This document shows positions 36,645 to 45,995 of a stretch of 64,000 nt of DNA, piece by piece. Made by a program: the position numbers and the translations under genes. Under the pieces are notes generated by a model. It was not told the origin of the DNA and did no database searches. It saw only the letters and a list, made by a program, of their open reading frames with translations. Source of the DNA: an uncultured Alphaproteobacteria bacterium (GTDB taxonomy: Bacteria > Pseudomonadota > Alphaproteobacteria > Dongiales > Dongiaceae); contig CAVRUJ010000001.1 of NCBI GenBank assembly GCA_963724385.1, positions 1,154,896 through 1,218,895 on the forward strand, written 5' to 3'. How positions within the stretch are numbered: the first letter of the stretch is position 1; every line of letters starts with the position of its first letter.

Positions 36645-39089
36645 CTACGCCTTGATCCGCGCCATGGCGGGATCGTAGAGCGGCGCCAAATGCAGTGCCG
36701 CCGGCACGCGCTCGCTCGCCACTTCCATCTCGTACTTGCCGCTCGTGAGCCAGTCGCTCGGCACGCCCTCGGCATTGCGGACATAGCCGTAGCCGATGTT
36801 CTTCGCGACCGTGTAACCCCAGCCTGCGCTGGTGAGCCAGCCGACCTGGCGCCCGTCGCGGAAGATGGTCTCCCGCCCCAGCAAGGTGACCGCGGGGTCG
36901 TCGACGGTGAAGCAGGCGAGGCGCTTTTTCAGGGGCTGGCCCATTTGCCTCGCCAGCGCCTCGCGGCCGAGGAAAGGCGTGTTCTGCTTTAGCTTCACCG
37001 CCCAAGCCATGCCGGCTTCCAGCGGCGTGTGGTCGGGCCCGATGTCGGAACCCCAGGCGCGGTAGCCCTTTTCCAGGCGCAGGGATTCGATGGCGCGGTA
37101 CCCGGCATTGGCGATGCCGTGGCGCTTGCCGGCGGCCATCAGCGCCTCATAGACCGCGCCCGCGGTCTCCACCGGCAGGTGCAGCTCCCAGCCCAGCTCG
37201 CCCACATAGGTGACGCGCAGCGCCCGGACGACGGCGCCGGCGATGGTGATCTCGCGCCAGCTGCCGAAGGGGAAGGCGGCGTTGCTCATGTCGGCGTCGG
37301 TGACCGCGGCCAGGATCTCGCGCGAGCGCGGACCCATGAGGGAGAGCACCGCATAGGCCGAGGTGACGTCGATCAGGCGGGCGTCGAGCCCGTCCTTGAT
37401 GTTGGCCTTGATCCAGGCGAAGTCGTGGGTGGCGAAGCCGGTGCCGGTGACGATGTAGTAGCTGTCCTCGGCAAGGCGCGAGACCGTGAGATCGCATTCG
37501 ATGCCGCCGCGTTGGTTCAGCATCTGGGTATAGACGAGACTGCCCGGCGTCTTGGCCACGTCGTTGGCGGCGATCCAGGACAGTGCCGCCTCGGCGTCGC
37601 GGCCGAGCAGCAGGAACTTGGCGAAGGAGGTCTGGTCGAAGACGACCGCACGCTCGCGCGCCGCGCGATGTTCCGCGCCCACGGCCTCAAACCAGTTCTG
37701 CCGGCCGTAGCTGTAGACATCCTTGGCTGCCATGCCGGCGGGCGCGAACCAATTGGGCCGCTCCCAGCCGAGCTTGGAGCCGAAGCAGGCACCCTGCGCC
37801 TTCAGGCGCTCGTAGAGCGGCGAGACGCGCAGCGGCCGGCCGGTCTCGTACTCCTCATGGGGCCAGGCCATGGTGTAGTGCTTGCCATACGCTTCGAGCG
37901 TGCGGGTCAGCACCCAGCCGCGGTCGCGGTGCAGCGCTCCGAAGCGCCGGATGTCCACCGGCCAGAGATCCATGGGCGCCTCGCCGGCGGCGATCCATTC
38001 GGCAAGCGCCCGCCCGGCGCCGCCGGCACTCGCGATGCCGAAGGCGTTGAACCCGGCGCCGACATAGAAGCCGGCCAGCTCCGGCGCCTCGCCCAGAATG
38101 AAGTTGCCGTCGGGGGTGAAGGATTCCGGGCCGTTGATGAAGCGCTTGATGCCGGCCGTCTCCAGGGCCGGCACGCGGGCGAGCGCCTCAGTCATCAGCG
38201 GCTCGAAGTGATCCTGGTCGGCGTCGAGCAAGGCGAAATGGAAACCCTCGGGAATGCCGTCCAAGGCCCAGGGGATCGGGTTCGGCTCGTAGCCCCCCAT
38301 GACCAGGCCGCCGACCTCCTCCTTGAAATAGATCAGACGATCGGGATCCCGCAGGGTCGGCAGGTTGCGCTGGACGCCGGGAATGGGCTCGGTCACGAGA
38401 TACTGGTGCTGCACCGACTGCAGCGGCACACAGACGCCGGCGAGCGCCCCCAGCTCCCGCGCCCATTGCCCGGCACAGTTGACGACGATGTCGCTCGCGA
38501 TCTCGCCCTGGCCGGTGACGACGCCTGAGACGCGTCCCTTCTTGCTGTGGATCGCGGTCACCGGGCAATCCTCGACGATGCGCGCGCCCGCGGCCCGCGC
38601 GCCCTTGGCCAGCGCCTGGGCGATGTCGGCCGGATTGGCCTGGCCGTCGGTCGGCAGGAAGGCGGCGCCGACGAGATCGGAGATGTCCATGATCGGCCAG
38701 AGGTCCCGGGCCTCCTTGGGCGAGAGGAGATGCATCTCCAGGCCGAAGCTGTGGGCCGTGGTCGCCTGGCGCTTGATCTCGGTCATGCGCTCGGCGTTGC
38801 AGGCAAGGCGCAGGCCGCCGTTGCGCTTCCAGCCGGTGGCCTGGCCCGTCTCGGCCTCGAGCCTGTCATAGAGCTCGACGCTGTATTTCAGGAGCTGGGT
38901 GATGTTGGCCGAGGTCCTGAGCTGGCCCACCAGGCCCGCCGCATGCCAGGTCGAGCCGCTGGTGAGCTTGGCGCGTTCCAGCAGGACCACGTCCTTCCAG
39001 CCGAGCCTGGCCAGGTGATAGGCGACGCTGCAGCCGATGATGCCGCCGCCGACGATGACGGCGCGGGCGGATTTGGGAAGCTCGGTCAT
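36645..39089 (-). CDS. FAD-dependent oxidoreductase fused to a GcvT-like aminomethyltransferase domain (dimethylglycine/sarcosine dehydrogenase-like)
   Basis: Trimmed to the ATG at 39089. It has the VIVGGGIIGCSVAYHLA dinucleotide fold, and the C-terminal half is GcvT-like. About 814 aa. Confidence 0.85.
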   Translation of the reverse strand: MTELPKSARAVIVGGGIIGCSVAYHLARLGWKDVVLLERAKLTSGSTWHAAGLVGQLRTSANITQLLKYSVELYDRLEAETGQATGWKRNGGLRLACNAERMTEIKRQATTAHSFGLEMHLLSPKEARDLWPIMDISDLVGAAFLPTDGQANPADIAQALAKGARAAGARIVEDCPVTAIHSKKGRVSGVVTGQGEIASDIVVNCAGQWARELGALAGVCVPLQSVQHQYLVTEPIPGVQRNLPTLRDPDRLIYFKEEVGGLVMGGYEPNPIPWALDGIPEGFHFALLDADQDHFEPLMTEALARVPALETAGIKRFINGPESFTPDGNFILGEAPELAGFYVGAGFNAFGIASAGGAGRALAEWIAAGEAPMDLWPVDIRRFGALHRDRGWVLTRTLEAYGKHYTMAWPHEEYETGRPLRVSPLYERLKAQGACFGSKLGWERPNWFAPAGMAAKDVYSYGRQNWFEAVGAEHRAARERAVVFDQTSFAKFLLLGRDAEAALSWIAANDVAKTPGSLVYTQMLNQRGGIECDLTVSRLAEDSYYIVTGTGFATHDFAWIKANIKDGLDARLIDVTSAYAVLSLMGPRSREILAAVTDADMSNAAFPFGSWREITIAGAVVRALRVTYVGELGWELHLPVETAGAVYEALMAAGKRHGIANAGYRAIESLRLEKGYRAWGSDIGPDHTPLEAGMAWAVKLKQNTPFLGREALARQMGQPLKKRLACFTVDDPAVTLLGRETIFRDGRQVGWLTSAGWGYTVAKNIGYGYVRNAEGVPSDWLTSGKYEMEVASERVPAALHLAPLYDPAMARIKA

Positions 39090-39096
39090 GCTGGCC

Positions 39097-39975
39097 TCAG
39101 GCGAGTTCGGCATAGGCCCGCTCGAAGCGGGCGAGATAGTCGCGGGCATAGGCGACGTAGTCGAAATCGAGGGTCGAATGGAGTTCGGACACCATGCCCC
39201 AGACCGTCTCGCGCAGGAGCGAGGCGCATTTCATCGCCCGGTAGCGAAGGCGGAGATCGTCGTCCAGCCTGCGCTCGAAATAGGCTTCCACCAGCCAGTC
39301 CTCGTCGGCGGGCGCCACCTCGTTGTTGGAGCATAGGTTGCCGAGGTCGAAGAGCGGGCTGTTGAACCCGGCATAGTCCCAGTCAATGAGCCAAAGCCGC
39401 TTGCCGTCGTCGATCAGGTTCGCCGGCAGCAGGTCGTTGTGGCCGAAGACCACGTCGATGGGGCCGACGAGCTTCTCGAGCCGCTCGGCCGCCTGGAGCA
39501 GGCGCGGGAGTTCGGGAAGCCAGCGGCTGCCGCCTTCCTTCAGGGTGGCGGCGTAGTCGCGCAGGATGTGGAAGACCCAGAAGATCAGCACCGGCCCGCG
39601 CAAGAAGCGCGGGATCTCCCGGTGGCAGCGCCGGATGAGGGGCAGGATGCGGCTCAGCATGGCACGCGGCCGCACGTCCTCGGCGGCGAGCGTTTTGCCC
39701 TCGACGAAGCGGAAGACGATGGCGCCGGCCGCCTGATGCACGACCTCGGGCGAGAGGCCGGCCACCGCCGCGGCGCGGCTCGCGGCGGCCTCGTTGAAGC
39801 GCATGACTTGGTGCACGGGGATGTCGTCGCCGATGCGCACGACGAAGCGCTGGCCGCGGTCCTCGACCAGGAAGTTCTTGTTGGTGATGCCGCCCGCGAG
39901 CGGCTCCGGCGAAACCGGCCCCGACCAGCAGCCAAGCCCGGCCGCCCGCGCCACGGGATCGCTTGGGCTTTTCAT
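39097..39975 (-). CDS. choline/ethanolamine-kinase-like phosphotransferase (APH fold)
   Basis: Trimmed to the ATG at 39975. It has GGITNKNF, HNDLLPANLI and IDWDYAGFN motifs. The stop lies 8 nt before the downstream start. Confidence 0.75.
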   Translation of the reverse strand: MKSPSDPVARAAGLGCWSGPVSPEPLAGGITNKNFLVEDRGQRFVVRIGDDIPVHQVMRFNEAAASRAAAVAGLSPEVVHQAAGAIVFRFVEGKTLAAEDVRPRAMLSRILPLIRRCHREIPRFLRGPVLIFWVFHILRDYAATLKEGGSRWLPELPRLLQAAERLEKLVGPIDVVFGHNDLLPANLIDDGKRLWLIDWDYAGFNSPLFDLGNLCSNNEVAPADEDWLVEAYFERRLDDDLRLRYRAMKCASLLRETVWGMVSELHSTLDFDYVAYARDYLARFERAYAELA

Positions 39976-40105
39976 GCGGAAATTCGCTCCCCCTCGCGCC
40001 GCCCATTGCCGAGGGCGCCTGGAGCAGGGAGTGGCCGAAAACGCCGCCGGTTTCAAGGGGAAATGGGCGAGGGCGCGACGGGGCAGGCGGGCGGGCGCCG
40101 GCGTC

Positions 40106-40134
40106 TGGACAGCCCGGCACCTATTCTCTATAAG
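40106..40134 (+). promoter_or_regulatory. candidate sigma70-type promoter of tRNA-Phe
   Basis: TGGACA, 17-nt spacer, TATAAG. The -10 ends 17 nt before the mature tRNA 5' end. Confidence 0.4.
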
Positions 40135-40150
40135 CGCTTGCCCGCCCGGC

Positions 40151-40226
<76 letters not shown>

Positions 40227-40227
40227 G

Positions 40228-41316
40228 CTATTTCAATAGCTTGGTCGCGCGCCGTTTCGTCAGTTTTGCAAGCGGTCCGCGCGGTTTTGCAAAACTGATC
40301 TTTTTCCGTTCCAGTTTGTCGATCGCCGCAACCGCGGCGCGCCGACGATCGGCGTCACGCGAGTAGTGAGCCGACATGGTCGTGGACTCGTGGCCCAGGA
40401 TCGACTGGATCCCGCGGAGGTCGACCTCCTCGTCGGCGAGCCAGGTGGCCATGCTGTGACGCAAGCCATGGAAGCTCAGGCCCGGGCCGACCGCGCCGGC
40501 GTTCGCGAGCTCGCGGATCAACTTGAAGAACCGGGCTCGGAATCCGGACAGGGTGAAGGGCTTGCCGCGAGCGCCGACGACGATCACGGGCGACCTCCGC
40601 TTGGCCTTGGCCAGGTCGAGCACGCCGCGCGCGAAATCCGGCATGGGGTGCCAGACCAAGTTGCCGGTCTTGCCCTGCCTGGTCAGGACTGCCGTGCCAT
40701 CATAGGCTGACCAGGGCGCGCGCAGCACGTCGCCCTCGCGCAGAAAGAGCCCGAGCACTATGGGCGGCTGAAGCTCGGCCGGCGCCGCCCGCACCACGGT
40801 GACGAATTCCGGCACGGTCCAGGGCCGGTTCGCCCTCGGCGTGTCCTTGGGCCGCCGGATCTTGGGAACGCCGGCGGCGGGATTGGCGGCGAGCCAACCC
40901 CGCGGCCGACCCCAGGCAAACAACAGGCTCAGGACCGAAAGGACATAGTTCGCGAAGCGCCGCCGGCGCTGCTCGAAAGCCTTGTCGCGGATGCCGAGGA
41001 TCTCGGGCGAGCCGATCTCCATGAGCGGCATGCCGTCGATCCGCTGCAGCCAATCGAACACGCGCCCATAGTCCTGGCGGGTCCGCGGCGCCAGGCCGGC
41101 GAATTCCGGCGATCGCTTGTAGGCGGCGATGAGGGCGCCGAGCGAACCGGCCCGCGCCGGCGCCTGGGCGGGGGCCATGCCATCGAGCCGCTCTATCTCT
41201 TGCAGGAATTCGGCGGTGCCGGGAGACGCGAGGATCCGGGTCCTGGTGCGGCGGTGGTAGTAATAGATCCGGCCCTTGGCCCGAACCTTATTGACGCCGG
41301 GGATTCGCATCAGCAT
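40228..41316 (-). CDS. tyrosine recombinase / phage integrase
   Basis: Trimmed to MLMRIPGVNKV (ATG 41316). The catalytic region is HGLRHSMATW...LGHESTTMSAHY. The stop codon lies 2 nt from the tRNA end. Confidence 0.9.
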   Translation of the reverse strand: MLMRIPGVNKVRAKGRIYYYHRRTRTRILASPGTAEFLQEIERLDGMAPAQAPARAGSLGALIAAYKRSPEFAGLAPRTRQDYGRVFDWLQRIDGMPLMEIGSPEILGIRDKAFEQRRRRFANYVLSVLSLLFAWGRPRGWLAANPAAGVPKIRRPKDTPRANRPWTVPEFVTVVRAAPAELQPPIVLGLFLREGDVLRAPWSAYDGTAVLTRQGKTGNLVWHPMPDFARGVLDLAKAKRRSPVIVVGARGKPFTLSGFRARFFKLIRELANAGAVGPGLSFHGLRHSMATWLADEEVDLRGIQSILGHESTTMSAHYSRDADRRRAAVAAIDKLERKKISFAKPRGPLAKLTKRRATKLLK

Positions 41317-41557
41317 CGAGCCTCTCCAGCCAGCGTGAGCGCTGCCCGGAGGATTGCCCGCCCTCGCGCTGGCTGTCAAACCAGCGGTCCAGCTGTTCCC
41401 GATCGTAGATGATGCGCGAGCCCACCTTGATAGGCTGCACCGCGACATGGGCGGTGAAGTGGCCGGCCGACATGCCGAGGTAGGCTGCTGCCTGCTCGAG
41501 CGAGAGCCCCCGCGGCCAGTCCGGCAGATCGGCGATCGCGGCCTTTCGGGCGGTCAT
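41288..41557 (-). CDS. excisionase / AlpA-like HTH DNA-binding protein
   Basis: LSLEQAAAYLGMSAGHFTAHVA..VGSRIIYDREQLDRWF. It overlaps the integrase start by 29 nt. Confidence 0.6.
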   Translation of the reverse strand: MTARKAAIADLPDWPRGLSLEQAAAYLGMSAGHFTAHVAVQPIKVGSRIIYDREQLDRWFDSQREGGQSSGQRSRWLERLDADANPRRQ

Positions 41558-41889
41558 GGATTGGCCAGCTCAAGCTGGACGTCGACGTGACAGGGGCCGG
41601 CCGCGCCGCACCAGCAGGCCAGGTTCTTGCCGCGCAGCTCCTCGAACATCGCGGGATGGCGCTGGATCCAGTGGTCGGCATATTCGCGATAGAGCGCCAC
41701 GGCATGCGCCACGTCCCTGACGAAGACGCGCTCGCCGAAATGCTCGGCCCAGCGCTTGACCTCGTAGCGGTTGCCCCACTTGCCCGGCCGGGCGCAGTTG
41801 ACGGCCGGCAGGCCGTTGGTCGTTTGGCTGATGGCCTGTAGGTCGAAGCCCTTGCGGCGTGAGAGCTGGAGACGGACGGGCTTGATCAC
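41554..41889 (-). CDS. DUF4326-domain protein
   Basis: GTG start in a GTGA overlap. It has RPGKWGNRYEV...NLACWCGAAGPCHVDV. Confidence 0.65.
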   Translation of the reverse strand: MIKPVRLQLSRRKGFDLQAISQTTNGLPAVNCARPGKWGNRYEVKRWAEHFGERVFVRDVAHAVALYREYADHWIQRHPAMFEELRGKNLACWCGAAGPCHVDVQLELANP

Positions 41890-42692
41890 AGCCCTGCCTC
41901 CGGCCGGTAGGCGGCGTGCTGGTTGGCCCGCCGCCAGAATAGTTTCTCATCGCCCCGCATCAGCATGAGGTGCGCGACGACATCGTCGGTCGGGCACATC
42001 GCGCCGGCCCAAGTTCCTTCGTAGTAGGCGATCGGGTGCAGGCAGAGCGCAGCCAGGATGCGCGTCTTTTGCTCCTTCAGCGTCAAGGCGATGGTCGGCT
42101 TCAGTTTGCGGAACAGATAAGTGATGCCGCTGCGCGGGCTGGTCTCCAGGAACATGCCGGTCAACAGGTATTGCTTGAATGCGTGATGGCGCAGCAGCGT
42201 GCCTAGAAGCTTTACTGCGTTGCCTTCCTGCTCGATCCCCCAGGCCACCGATGCGCCGAGGGCGGAGATATCCATGCCGAAATGGTTGGCGCCTGGTACG
42301 AAGCCCCAGACGATCTTGCCGTCTTCCTCCCAGATCAGGATTTCGCCGCGGCGCTTGTGAGACCAGAACCGATTCCGGATCTCGGCCGGCGCCGCTTCCG
42401 GTTCTTCTTCCTCCTTGCCGATCATCATCAGCTCGGCGGCCTTGGAATATTTCGGATCGATCACCAGACGCTCGCCCTCGAGCGGCATGGGGATACCGGC
42501 CCACTCGCCCAAGCCGTCGGCAATGCGCCGCATCCCGTTGCGCAACCGGGCGAAGCCGTCGAACCGCTCCAGGAGCCCGACGTCAGCCACCGGCTGACCT
42601 GGCGATGGCGACGCCGCGGGTAGATCCCGCCGGGACGCGCCGACGCGTTTTGCCTTTCCTGGCGGACGCTGCCGGGGCCTTCGTTTCTTCAT
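41886..42692 (-). CDS. phage hypothetical protein (268 aa)
   Basis: ATG at 42692 with GGGAG upstream. The sequence is globular. No family recognised. Confidence 0.5.
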   Translation of the reverse strand: MKKRRPRQRPPGKAKRVGASRRDLPAASPSPGQPVADVGLLERFDGFARLRNGMRRIADGLGEWAGIPMPLEGERLVIDPKYSKAAELMMIGKEEEEPEAAPAEIRNRFWSHKRRGEILIWEEDGKIVWGFVPGANHFGMDISALGASVAWGIEQEGNAVKLLGTLLRHHAFKQYLLTGMFLETSPRSGITYLFRKLKPTIALTLKEQKTRILAALCLHPIAYYEGTWAGAMCPTDDVVAHLMLMRGDEKLFWRRANQHAAYRPEAGL

Positions 42693-42927
42693 CGGGAGCT
42701 CCCACGATCAGGTATTCGCAGGTCTCGGGGTCGAAGGCCTCGGCCCGTTGGTAGAGCGGTTTGCCATCGCGCTCGCCGACCTGGATCAGGATCGCGTAAC
42801 CGCGCTCCAGCATGTCCATCACCACCTTGGCGGCGCGCTTGCGCTCGGCCGGCCTGGTGGGATCGAAGCTGAGCTCGGTGTCGCCGGTGCCGACATTGAG
42901 GATGCCGAGCTCGCCGAGAGCGGTCAT
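42583..42927 (-). CDS. phage hypothetical protein
   Basis: Start placed at the ATG at 42927 (GGAG 7 nt upstream, MTALGELGILNVG...). The last ~110 nt overlap the next gene in another frame, so the C-terminus is uncertain. Confidence 0.4.
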   Translation of the reverse strand: MTALGELGILNVGTGDTELSFDPTRPAERKRAAKVVMDMLERGYAILIQVGERDGKPLYQRAEAFDPETCEYLIVGAPDEETKAPAASARKGKTRRRVPAGSTRGVAIARSAGG

Positions 42928-43027
42928 GGGTGTCTCCAATCGGGAAATGGGATCTCGGCCTCCCTTGGCCACCAGCGCTGGCGCAGGCCGCGGAAACCCG
43001 CGGTCGGCTCGGGATGCAGTACCCGGC

Positions 43028-43204
43028 TCACAGCCTGGTCCCTCCCTCGCGGATCATATGGGACAGGAGCGGAGCTTCGATCGGGGCCGACCTGGTCGCG
43101 GCGGCGATCGCGGGGACCGAGACCGCGCCAAGCAACTTGAACCGCCGGCGGCGAAGGGCCGACACGAGCCAGTGCAGCACGACCATGCGGGCGGCGGAGT
43201 ACAT
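43028..43204 (-). CDS. 58-aa phage peptide (below the ORF-track cutoff)
   Basis: Manual read: MYSAARMVVLHWLVSALRRRRFKLLGAVSVPAIAAATRSAPIEAPLLSHMIREGGTRL. Its ATG shares one nt with the upstream TAA (TAATG). Confidence 0.3.
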   Translation of the reverse strand: MYSAARMVVLHWLVSALRRRRFKLLGAVSVPAIAAATRSAPIEAPLLSHMIREGGTRL

Positions 43205-44259
43205 TAGGCGGGGAGCTCCCTGATCCGCAGATCAGCAGGCCATTCCATCCAATCGCCGCCCTTCCTGTCTCGAAGCCGCCGAGGCGCGCTCTCGCACTCG
43301 CTGTCATAGGGTCGGCTGCCGAGCTGCTTCTCGAAGAAAGCCACACCGGCGGACTTGCATTGATCCCGGAGCGACCGATCCCAGACGAGATCGTGAGCCC
43401 GCGCGTCCGGCCCACTCTCGCCGCCGGCGATGACCCAATCGAGATGATTGTGCATCGTGCCGTAACCGGCACGATTCGGATGACTGAGCCCGTCTAGCGC
43501 GGAACCCCTGACCTCCTTGCCGGACCAGCCGAAGCAAATGTCGCTCAGATCGATCGGTCCCAGCAGCGGCTCGGCCGAGATGAACCACTTCGCGGCCGGT
43601 GTCGCCAGTAGCCACTTGATGCGCTCGTCCGCCGTGGCCTGGTCCTCGACCGAGACGCCGAGCCAGACGTTGGGCAGCGGCCAGGCGAACTGCATCGCTT
43701 TGCATTTGCCATCTCGCGTCCAAAGCCGATCATCGCCAGGATTGTTTAGGCCGCGCGCATTGAGAAATGGCTCGCAAGCTTCTTCAATTTGATTCCGTCT
43801 GCCCGTCTCGCCGCCGGCGGAGATGTCGATGCCCGCGAACCGCTGGGCCGGCGTGCCCTGCCAGAGTTCCTCAAACCAGGCTTTCATCCGCTCCGGCCGC
43901 TTGGTCAGCACCTGGAAGGTATGCTGCCTGGCCAGCGCCATGACGGCGAAGACCTTGTCGATAGCTTCGTTCGGGAGTTCCTCGTGGAACAGGTCCGACA
44001 TGCTATTGACGAAAATGCGTCGGGGCTTGCGCCAGCGCAGCGGCCGGTCGAGCAGCTCCGGGAGCAGGCGGACCTTCCCCGTCCAGCGCGCCTCGCCGCC
44101 GATGCGCTTGGCGAGGCCGTGGAACGGCTGGCCCGGGCCGCTGAACCGAGCCGCGATCCGCTCGGCATAGCAGTGACGGCAGCCCTCCGAGACGCGGGAG
44201 CAGCCGCGCACGGGATTCCAAGTGCTGTCCGTCCATTGAATGCCGGTGCGGTCGGACAT
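43204..44259 (-). CDS. phage Gp37/Gp68-family protein (DUF5131)
   Basis: Trimmed to the ATG at 44259. IQWTDSTWNPVRGCSRVSEGCRHCYAERIA is the family's N-terminal Cys motif. Confidence 0.8.
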   Translation of the reverse strand: MSDRTGIQWTDSTWNPVRGCSRVSEGCRHCYAERIAARFSGPGQPFHGLAKRIGGEARWTGKVRLLPELLDRPLRWRKPRRIFVNSMSDLFHEELPNEAIDKVFAVMALARQHTFQVLTKRPERMKAWFEELWQGTPAQRFAGIDISAGGETGRRNQIEEACEPFLNARGLNNPGDDRLWTRDGKCKAMQFAWPLPNVWLGVSVEDQATADERIKWLLATPAAKWFISAEPLLGPIDLSDICFGWSGKEVRGSALDGLSHPNRAGYGTMHNHLDWVIAGGESGPDARAHDLVWDRSLRDQCKSAGVAFFEKQLGSRPYDSECESAPRRLRDRKGGDWMEWPADLRIRELPA

Positions 44260-44261
44260 GG

Positions 44262-44468
44262 TCAGGCTTTCGTGACGGGTTCTGGCGAGAATGGACGGGG
44301 CGGCTTGGTCGTCGGCGGGATCAGCTCGAACTGCCCGCACCAATCCAGGGCGTCGCGTCTGACGTAAGTCGGCCGCCAGCGGCACAGGCCCTGTTGGTTC
44401 CCGGTCCCACGCGTGGCGCCGAGATGCCAGAAGCGGCAGTTCTCGCAGTGGTCGGCGCGGTTGGTCAT
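44262..44468 (-). CDS. small Cys-rich phage protein
   Basis: ATG in an ATGA overlap with the upstream gene. MTNRADHCENCRFWH...LCRWRP...WCGQFE. Confidence 0.45.
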   Translation of the reverse strand: MTNRADHCENCRFWHLGATRGTGNQQGLCRWRPTYVRRDALDWCGQFELIPPTTKPPRPFSPEPVTKA

Positions 44469-44680
44469 GCGCGCCCCGCCTTTTCGTGTTCCGGCGCCGG
44501 CTGTTCAATCATGTCGGGCTTCTGCCCGAAGGCTTGCGCTACAGCCGACGACATCACGTCGGACATGAGAGCCTTCCAGCGGAGCCAGAAGTCGCGGTCC
44601 GTCTCGGCGATGCTGCGGAGCATGGAACCCACCAGCATCGCGCCTTCCATGGAATCAGCCAGGGCGACGTAAGCCTTCAA
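44465..44680 (-). CDS. phage hypothetical protein (TTG start)
   Basis: Open frame with helical sequence. The start is uncertain. Confidence 0.35.
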   Translation of the reverse strand: MKAYVALADSMEGAMLVGSMLRSIAETDRDFWLRWKALMSDVMSSAVAQAFGQKPDMIEQPAPEHEKAGRA

Positions 44681-44823
44681 CTACTCGCCTTCGGTGCGGA
44701 TCGCCAAACGGACGCCGATCGGTTTCTTTGCGTTCATTCGGGCAGCGCTTTCTCGGCCAGGCCATAGCGATCGACGCCGACATATTCAGGACACCCTGCC
44801 GCTCCAGTCGGCGGACGCCGGAC

Positions 44824-44994
44824 TCACCAACCGGGTCCCTCGGGGCCGCTGCCGGGGTCCACGTAGTAGCGTCGCAGCCCCGAAACCCTGACTAGCGTGG
44901 CGCCAGCTTCGAGGCGCGGCAGGATTTGTTTCCAGCTGTCGTCATCGGCTCGGCGGTTGATCGCGGCGGTCGTCTCGCCAGTGTCAGGCTGCAT
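44824..44994 (-). CDS. 56-aa phage hypothetical protein
   Basis: The internal ATG at 44994 of ORF 44824..45150 gives MQPDTGETTAAINRRADDDSWKQILPRLEAG... It overlaps the upstream gene's end by 11 nt. Confidence 0.3.
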   Translation of the reverse strand: MQPDTGETTAAINRRADDDSWKQILPRLEAGATLVRVSGLRRYYVDPGSGPEGPGW

Positions 44995-45187
44995 CGCCGT
45001 GCCTCGGATGCCAGGGAGCAGGAGCGGGCCGCAGGATAGGAATGCCCGGCACGTCGAAGGCCGTGGGCGCGTCGGCGGCAACCGCCGTGGGCATCGGCAC
45101 GTCGAGCCAGGCCTTCGCGCGGTCGCCGGCGACGGCGCCGGCCAGTGCAAGGAGAAGTAGGGCGCAGAGGCGCAGCTCGGTGCGCAT
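44984..45187 (-). CDS. 67-aa phage protein with a signal-peptide-like N-terminus
   Basis: MRTELRLCALLLLALAGAVAG... The ATG sits in a TGATG overlap with the upstream ORF. Confidence 0.35.
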   Translation of the reverse strand: MRTELRLCALLLLALAGAVAGDRAKAWLDVPMPTAVAADAPTAFDVPGIPILRPAPAPWHPRHGDAA

Positions 45188-45339
45188 CAGCGGGCGAGCC
45201 ACAGGAGCCGGAGCCAGCGGAGCTGCCGGCGCCAGAAGGGCAGCACCCGGCGGCAGGCGCCGAGCCGCGGCTGCGACTGCTCGACGGTGGCGATGAAGCG
45301 CATGTCGCCGCTGCGCCAGTATTCGAAGAGCTGGGCCAT
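45187..45339 (-). CDS. 50-aa basic phage peptide (below the ORF-track cutoff)
   Basis: Manual read: MAQLFEYWRSGDMRFIATVEQSQPRLGACRRVLPFWRRQLRWLRLLWLAR. TGATG overlaps occur at both ends. Confidence 0.3.
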   Translation of the reverse strand: MAQLFEYWRSGDMRFIATVEQSQPRLGACRRVLPFWRRQLRWLRLLWLAR

Positions 45340-45673
45340 CACTCGGCCTTCCGGAGCGCGGCGAGCTCGGCACGCGCGAGCCGTTCTGCCTCAGCGATAA
45401 GCAGAGATGCGGCGCGGACCAGGTTCCGCCGCGCATATTTTGGCCTGAATTCCTCTGGTCCCAGGGCCACAGACGTTGCCGTAGGGGCTCGTTCAGCTGG
45501 AAATGATCGGCCGCATAGCAGGCCGTGGCCATCGCCAGTTCGCCTCTCCGATGTCCATCGTCATGTTCGGGCGTGTAGCCCTCGCGGGTGACATGAGCCC
45601 GGCGCTCCACAGCAGCCTCTTCAAGGAAAGCGACGGCGTCGGGCGAAAGAGGAGGCAGCACCAGCATGGCCAT
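45339..45673 (-). pseudogene. dATP/dGTP pyrophosphohydrolase-like (MazG-related) phage gene with one frameshift
   Basis: The N-terminal part is ...REGYTPEHDDGHRRGELAMATACYA...LWPWD. After a shift near 45450-45462 the other frame reads EFRPKYARRNLVRAASLLIAEAERLARAELAALRKAE and then stops. Confidence 0.55.
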
Positions 45674-45675
45674 GG

Positions 45676-45994
45676 CTAGGCAGCCTTCTGATGACCGGCC
45701 GGCTCAAGACCGAGCCAGTCACGCATCGCCTCCAAGCACTCGGGATCCATCGGCTCGGGTGTGGCCACGTCGTCATGAAGCATGGCGCAACCGACCCACA
45801 ATGTGGCAGCTTCGGAACTCGTCTCCCCGGCCCCCGTTATTCGGAAGGGGCACACGCTCCCAGTTGCGGTCACACTCCGTCGAGATGAATCCGATCTCGC
45901 CCGTTGAGGTATTCCGCGTGAAGACTAGCCAATCGTCGACCCCGAGGACTTCGAGCCCGGGACGGATCGGGAGAGGCTTGAGCAGCCTTGGCAT
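45676..45994 (-). pseudogene. phage hypothetical protein, probably one gene split by an indel in a G/C run
   Basis: The ATG at 45994 (AGAGGAG upstream) gives MPRLLKPLPIRPGLEVLGVDDWLVF... The plausible continuation ...ETSSEAATLWVGCAMLHDD... is in ORF 45676..45873. The junction lies near the GGGGGCCGGGGAG run at about 45835. Confidence 0.35.
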
Positions 45995-45995
45995 G

